A stretch of DNA of 62,897 nt, filler included. It is 6 parts of 6 records of this genome, joined end to end, with 100 filler letters (N's around TTAATTAATTAA, not from the genome) between each part and the next. Parts side by side here need not be neighbours in the genome. Positions count along the whole stretch, not along the records: positions 50,292 to 62,897 come from SRR2962707_2197; 5 more parts are not named here. One strand, given 5' to 3'. The notes under the pieces were generated by a model that saw only the letters and a list, made by a program, of their open reading frames with translations, was not told where the DNA came from and ran no database searches. The translations under genes were made by a program, and so were the position numbers. Of the stretch, positions 58,701 to 62,897 are shown piece by piece. The stretch's first letter is position 1. Every line of letters begins with the position of its first letter.

Positions 58701-61700
58701 TTAGCACCTGCTGAACCCCTGCGCATTATCCCATTCTACTTCCCACACATTGGGAGGGAATTCATTTGCGAGGTACATCTTGGAGTTTGCAGGATCGTAG
58801 CCTAATCCAATCCAGTGAGGGTTCGACTCGCCCAAAACATTGTGCGATGCGCTGACAATGTACTCGCCTGTGTCAGCACCCTCGACGACATGCACTTTAG
58901 CTGGGATTGTGCCTTTTGCGGCAGTCATCACGAAAAGTGACTTCGCACTTGTCGCCATGTCGACAACGTCAAGAACTGTGGTTCCAAAAATGTACGGCGG
59001 TAGAACGTGCTCTAGAGAGACAGTTCCACTTTCAATCCTTCCCACGGCAATGCCTTGCGCAGTTGCAGCGAAAAGTGTTGGTTTGGCCCCTGGTGTTGCT
59101 GGGTCAAGTGTGGTGATTGCCGTTACGGGGTTTGCTACGTTTACAAAGCCGCCTGAAGGAACCATCATTGGCACTGGAACTGAAACCGAGATCCCAAACG
59201 GAAGCGAGAAGAGCCACGCATTGTCTGCGTTGGCGGTGCCATTGACGAGGGCTATGTATGTCGTGTTCGCATCTTTCCCAAAGATGGCTGCACCAATGAT
59301 GTTCGCTCCCACAGTCGCCGATGCGTGCACTGCTTCAGGAGCCGCGAATGAAAAAGGCTTGGTGGCACTTGCGGTTGACTTGCACAGGGAAGCAAAGGCC
59401 GTCGTAATCAGTTGGTTCTCGTTGGCGTCCATTTGGTTGAACACTATACCGTTCACGGACGACATGCCGCTACAATGACGCGTTTGGACTAGCCGACACT
59501 TGCCAGTCTCCACCAGACCTTGGTCCGGGGAAGTAAGGTACGCAATTGCGCTCGCAGGGTCAAACGTGTAGATGGCACTCATGACGCCCGCTACGAGAAG
59601 AGCAACAACGATTGCGGTCGGCCCGAATCTGTCGTCGTAAGGTCCATCTGATTTTGCCCGAATTTTTTCAGCACGACAGTGAAACATTACCAGGGCGTAG
59701 ATAAGGAACAGCATTCCGATCATTAAAAACGCGTACGCAACGGCCACCCTACCAGCAACACAAACCGAAAACGGTGCGCGAGTGCGGGTCAATGATTTGT
59801 GACAGCAACGAGACCGAAAGCAAGAGCCATGGTGCGCCATACTCACGCCGCAGTGTCGTCAAAGGCAATCATAGCAGAGGACAGTGTCAGCAATAGGATA
59901 GCTGCGCCGAGCCATTGAATGAAAGTTCGCTCGTTTGCAAAGAATGTCTTCGGTTCCACTCGGACTGGAACATAACGATTGGGAGCAGGCGTGAGCTTTG
60001 CAGTCCCTTGTTTCTCTTTGTCTTTCGAAGTCATTCTCACTGGCACGACAATGCTGCGATGAGGTCGTTCGGTTTTCTCGTTCACTCGCGACGGCTCACC
60101 GGTCTTTGTGTCAAGCCAGTCGTCACAGTCCACAATGACGGATTTGAGGTCCAGAGAGGCGGCGGCGTGCTCTGGCAGAATGTTGGCGATGGAGCCGTCT
60201 GGTTCAAACCAATGCGGAAGGTTCCTACATGGCACACAGAGCGATCGATTGCGTAAAAATATCAGAAGCTGCTTGCATGCATGGATTCTAACATGAGCAC
60301 CACAGTGGACGAACTTGATGCGATCCGGGTATAGCATCGCGCACCCCGTTAGGAATTTGCTAAACTTTCCAACCTGTGAACCAACACAACAGATGCGGCA
60401 TACCATCAGAATTGGAATAAGTAAATAAAATGCACACGTGGTTGGCAACAAGTGCAATGACACACTACCTTAGTCAAATAGGGCATGGCCTCGATTGCCT
60501 GGATCCACTCGGGAGCGTCGCCTTGAAGCTTGACTTCCAGTATCGCATATGGGAAACGGGCTTTTTTGTAAGAGTTCATGCCGCCAGTCTTCTTGCCGCG
60601 GTCGCCTTGCAGAAGCAAGTGAAGTGATTGATCTTGATCAGTCTCGATCATGGGGATGTCCACAGCGTCACGACTCTCGTTGTTGGCTTTTAAGTACCAG
60701 CGCCCCGGCTCGTCAAATGCGGATTCTTCATTCGCCAGCACGAGGTCAGTGTCAATTGAAATACGAACATCATTTGACGTCGGTAACTGGAAGGCGGTTC
60801 GCTTGTACGTTGTGCGAACCAACGACTTCGCCCCGATTTTTTGCACCAGAGCCTGAGTTTCAGCCGCAAGTGTCCACTGTGCACGCGCCTTCTCGAGCGT
60901 CATCGACTCGTTGTGCACGAGGTTTTCGAAATGTGCATGGGGATCGAACTTTCCATCGAAAAATGACCGTACGTGTTTGTTTGCAATGTCAAACCGTTCC
61001 TTCATGGAATCTTCCCGCACCCAAGATTCGTGGTGCGTTTTTCGCTCCATGAACACCTTCCCATCGGCTTTTGGTGGCTTAGCGCCATACCACCGCACAC
61101 GCACCAACTTTGCACCTTCGTCGCGCTTGATGCGGCCCTCATAAAACTTCAAGTCCGGAGAATCCAAGTAAAGCGACGTAATTGGCGCATTGTCTTGGAA
61201 GGAGGTCGTGAGAGAATTGACCTCAGCGATGGCGGCTGCGTCACCGGTCGCCACTCGTTTAATTTTAGCCTTGGATAACGCATAGGACAGTCGTGACGAT
61301 TCAGAAAATGTATGCATCGCTGCAGCCACTTGCGCCGCTGCACATACCTCTGGTGACTCGCCAAACAATAGAACAGGGAGCTGTTGGATAATTTTGACTT
61401 TGAGTTCCATTAAATCCTCCATGCGCACCCAGTACCTGTGTTGTCAATGCAGTGCAATAATGAGCGAACGTGACAAGGAAGCGTACGCGATCTGCCCACG
61501 CGCGCGCGCACCGCAGGCGCGTTCTGGCTTAATTCAAAGTCTTACTTGGTGGTTTTGCGCTGGAAAGACTCTGGCGGCTGCCACAGTTTGTCCGCATCGC
61601 CTCCTTTGGCACCAGCACGAAGGCGGCGCAGAATGGAGTAGCACGTGCTGAGCGGAACGAGCAGCTGAGACGTTTCCAGTTTCATGAACTTTTGCATGCG

Positions 61701-62292
61701 CAAGCGTGTGAGCACCCAGCGTTGCATTTGGGACCCATCTGCGACAACTTTGTCGTACTTTTTGGCAATCTTGCGGAGCCCCTCCTGATTGATTCGGAGG
61801 AATCGGTCGAGGTTGACAAGCGTGCGTCCCAGGGTTTCCACCCGTCCTTCGAGATCGGTCAGCGGGGAAGCCTGTAACAGCCAAAGGGGTACGTGCAACA
61901 CCAATAGTCAAAAGAAAACACAGCATGCTGGCAACTTCGTTGACACGTTTGCTGAACCTTCAAAGCAAAAGTTTGCTGAACCTTCAACGTACCTTGGCGG
62001 CAATTTTTTGCTTTGACCCGTGCTTGGGTGTTTCTGATCGTCGGACCAGTTCCCGAAGCAGCAAGCTTCCAGAGTTTCGCAACTCAGTGAACTTGGCGAC
62101 AGCGAAGTCACCGATTTTGCCGATCTCCGCCTCCAGGTACTCCATGAACTCAACCCCGCAGTCATCCTTCGCAAGGCCGCCGCTGGCTGCAGCGGCCTTC
62201 TTAATGATCGGCTTCAGCTCTTGGTACGCGAGGTACTGCCCAGCCCAGTCTTTCACACGGACTGCCTCCAGTCTGGCCCCAAACTGCACCAT
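58701..62292 (-). CDS. VTC4: Vacuolar transporter chaperone Vtc4-like polyphosphate polymerase (SPX + VTC + DUF202 TM + extra C-terminal domain), six exons
   Basis: SPX MVQFG...YLAYQELKPIIKK; RKTTKYWV, ITSLYLD, RVRWYG, ERKTHH, KERF, RTAFQ, LEVKL, KFSKF; EPKTFFANERTFIQWL. Frame-preserving GT-AG introns at 61872-61992, 61436-61545, 60374-60468, 60225-60314 and 59749-59846. Confidence 0.9.
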
Positions 62293-62874
62293 CGTGCCCA
62301 CAGTGCTTGAAGCTTTGCAGCAGGACCGCCACTGAACGTGCACGTGAACTTGAACGTGATTGTATTGAAGTCCTTCTGCTCGCGATGTTTTTCTGAAGGT
62401 TCGTTTGTGTCGTTGTCGTTGTTTTGAGAAATAAATATGTTTGTTTTTTATCGGTGGAACACAAGTACCCTCCTTTCGCGTGGCATTATTCATTTCAGCT
62501 CACCCAACGATCTCCGCTGTCACCCACGTGCCTGGTGCTCGCTGCAAACCAAGCTGCAATGCCACCGACTCCGCTCGTAGGTGATGCGTCCATGTCTCTA
62601 GCCAGGTGGACTTCCTTTGAGAGCTGGAATAACTTCTGCACACCCACCCGCACAGTACCGTCACTTGCCAGGCCGATACCGCAGACGAACTGTGGTCTTC
62701 ACTCACTCTGCTCAATTTTCAACAACGGCTGGGTTGGCGCGCGCAGCCCGTCGTCTGTATCGAACAGCAGCAGCCATCCGTGCGCATCCTCAGCTTGCAA
62801 GGCCGTGCAACAGAGTGCCTCCTCGCAAACCGTGTTTCTGCCTTCGGGATTGAGCAAGCTTCCCCACCGATCGA

Positions 62875-62897
62875 CCCCCCCCCCCCCCCCCCCCCCC
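62875..62897. repeat. Terminal poly(C) run, probably a sequencing or assembly artefact
   Basis: 23 consecutive C at the contig end. Confidence 0.7.

Noticed and set aside
62875-62897. Poly(C) as a telomere or G-quadruplex element
   Set aside because: A terminal homopolymer is more simply explained as a poly-G read artefact on the opposite strand.
50292-62897. Bacteria-eukaryote horizontal transfer suggested by a eukaryotic segment beside bacterial genes
   Set aside because: It is a separate contig behind a spacer; the window is a metagenomic concatenation.

Overview
This window is not one locus. It is six unrelated contigs joined by five artificial 100-nt spacers (N44-TTAATTAATTAA-N44) at 11962-12061, 18543-18642, 26853-26952, 41838-41937 and 50192-50291. 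(1) 1-11961, GC-rich alphaproteobacterium: an operon of four secreted proteins (EF-hand, YHYH, YbhB/PEBP, unknown), catalase, CAP lipoprotein, APH(6)-like kinase, uxaC, a GAF-GGDEF-EAL protein, and three small ORFs that I re-called by hand. (2) 12062-18542, alphaproteobacterium: M23 peptidase, esterase, TPR/SHOCT/SPOR protein, GNAT, PhzF and a partial tartrate/D-malate dehydrogenase, plus a strong outward-facing sigma70 promoter at the contig edge. (3) 18643-26852: OppA, cyclophilin, a GntR-nanE-nanK-sugar ABC operon with a repeated operator, and the 3' end of glmS. (4) 26953-41837, the most interesting contig: a Tn7-like tnsA-tnsB-tnsC-tniQ operon whose TniQ carries about five tandem winged-HTH-like modules. 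Upstream lies an uncharacterised module (two metallophosphoesterases, XRE regulator, an apparently nuclease-dead TnsA paralogue, a 95-nt hairpin, a small WART-SR-YR protein and a soluble FtsH-like AAA+/M41 protease). Downstream lies a DUF1828-type two-gene cassette. (5) 41938-50191, gammaproteobacterial core genes (atpB, atpI, parB, parA, rsmG, mnmG, cvrA, SDR) and a REP. (6) 50292-62897, a eukaryotic intron-containing contig: a large ankyrin/split-Ig/Tudor-like multidomain gene and a Vtc4 polyphosphate polymerase with an extra C-terminal domain. All family calls come from motif recognition by eye; no searches were run, and taxonomic remarks are inference.
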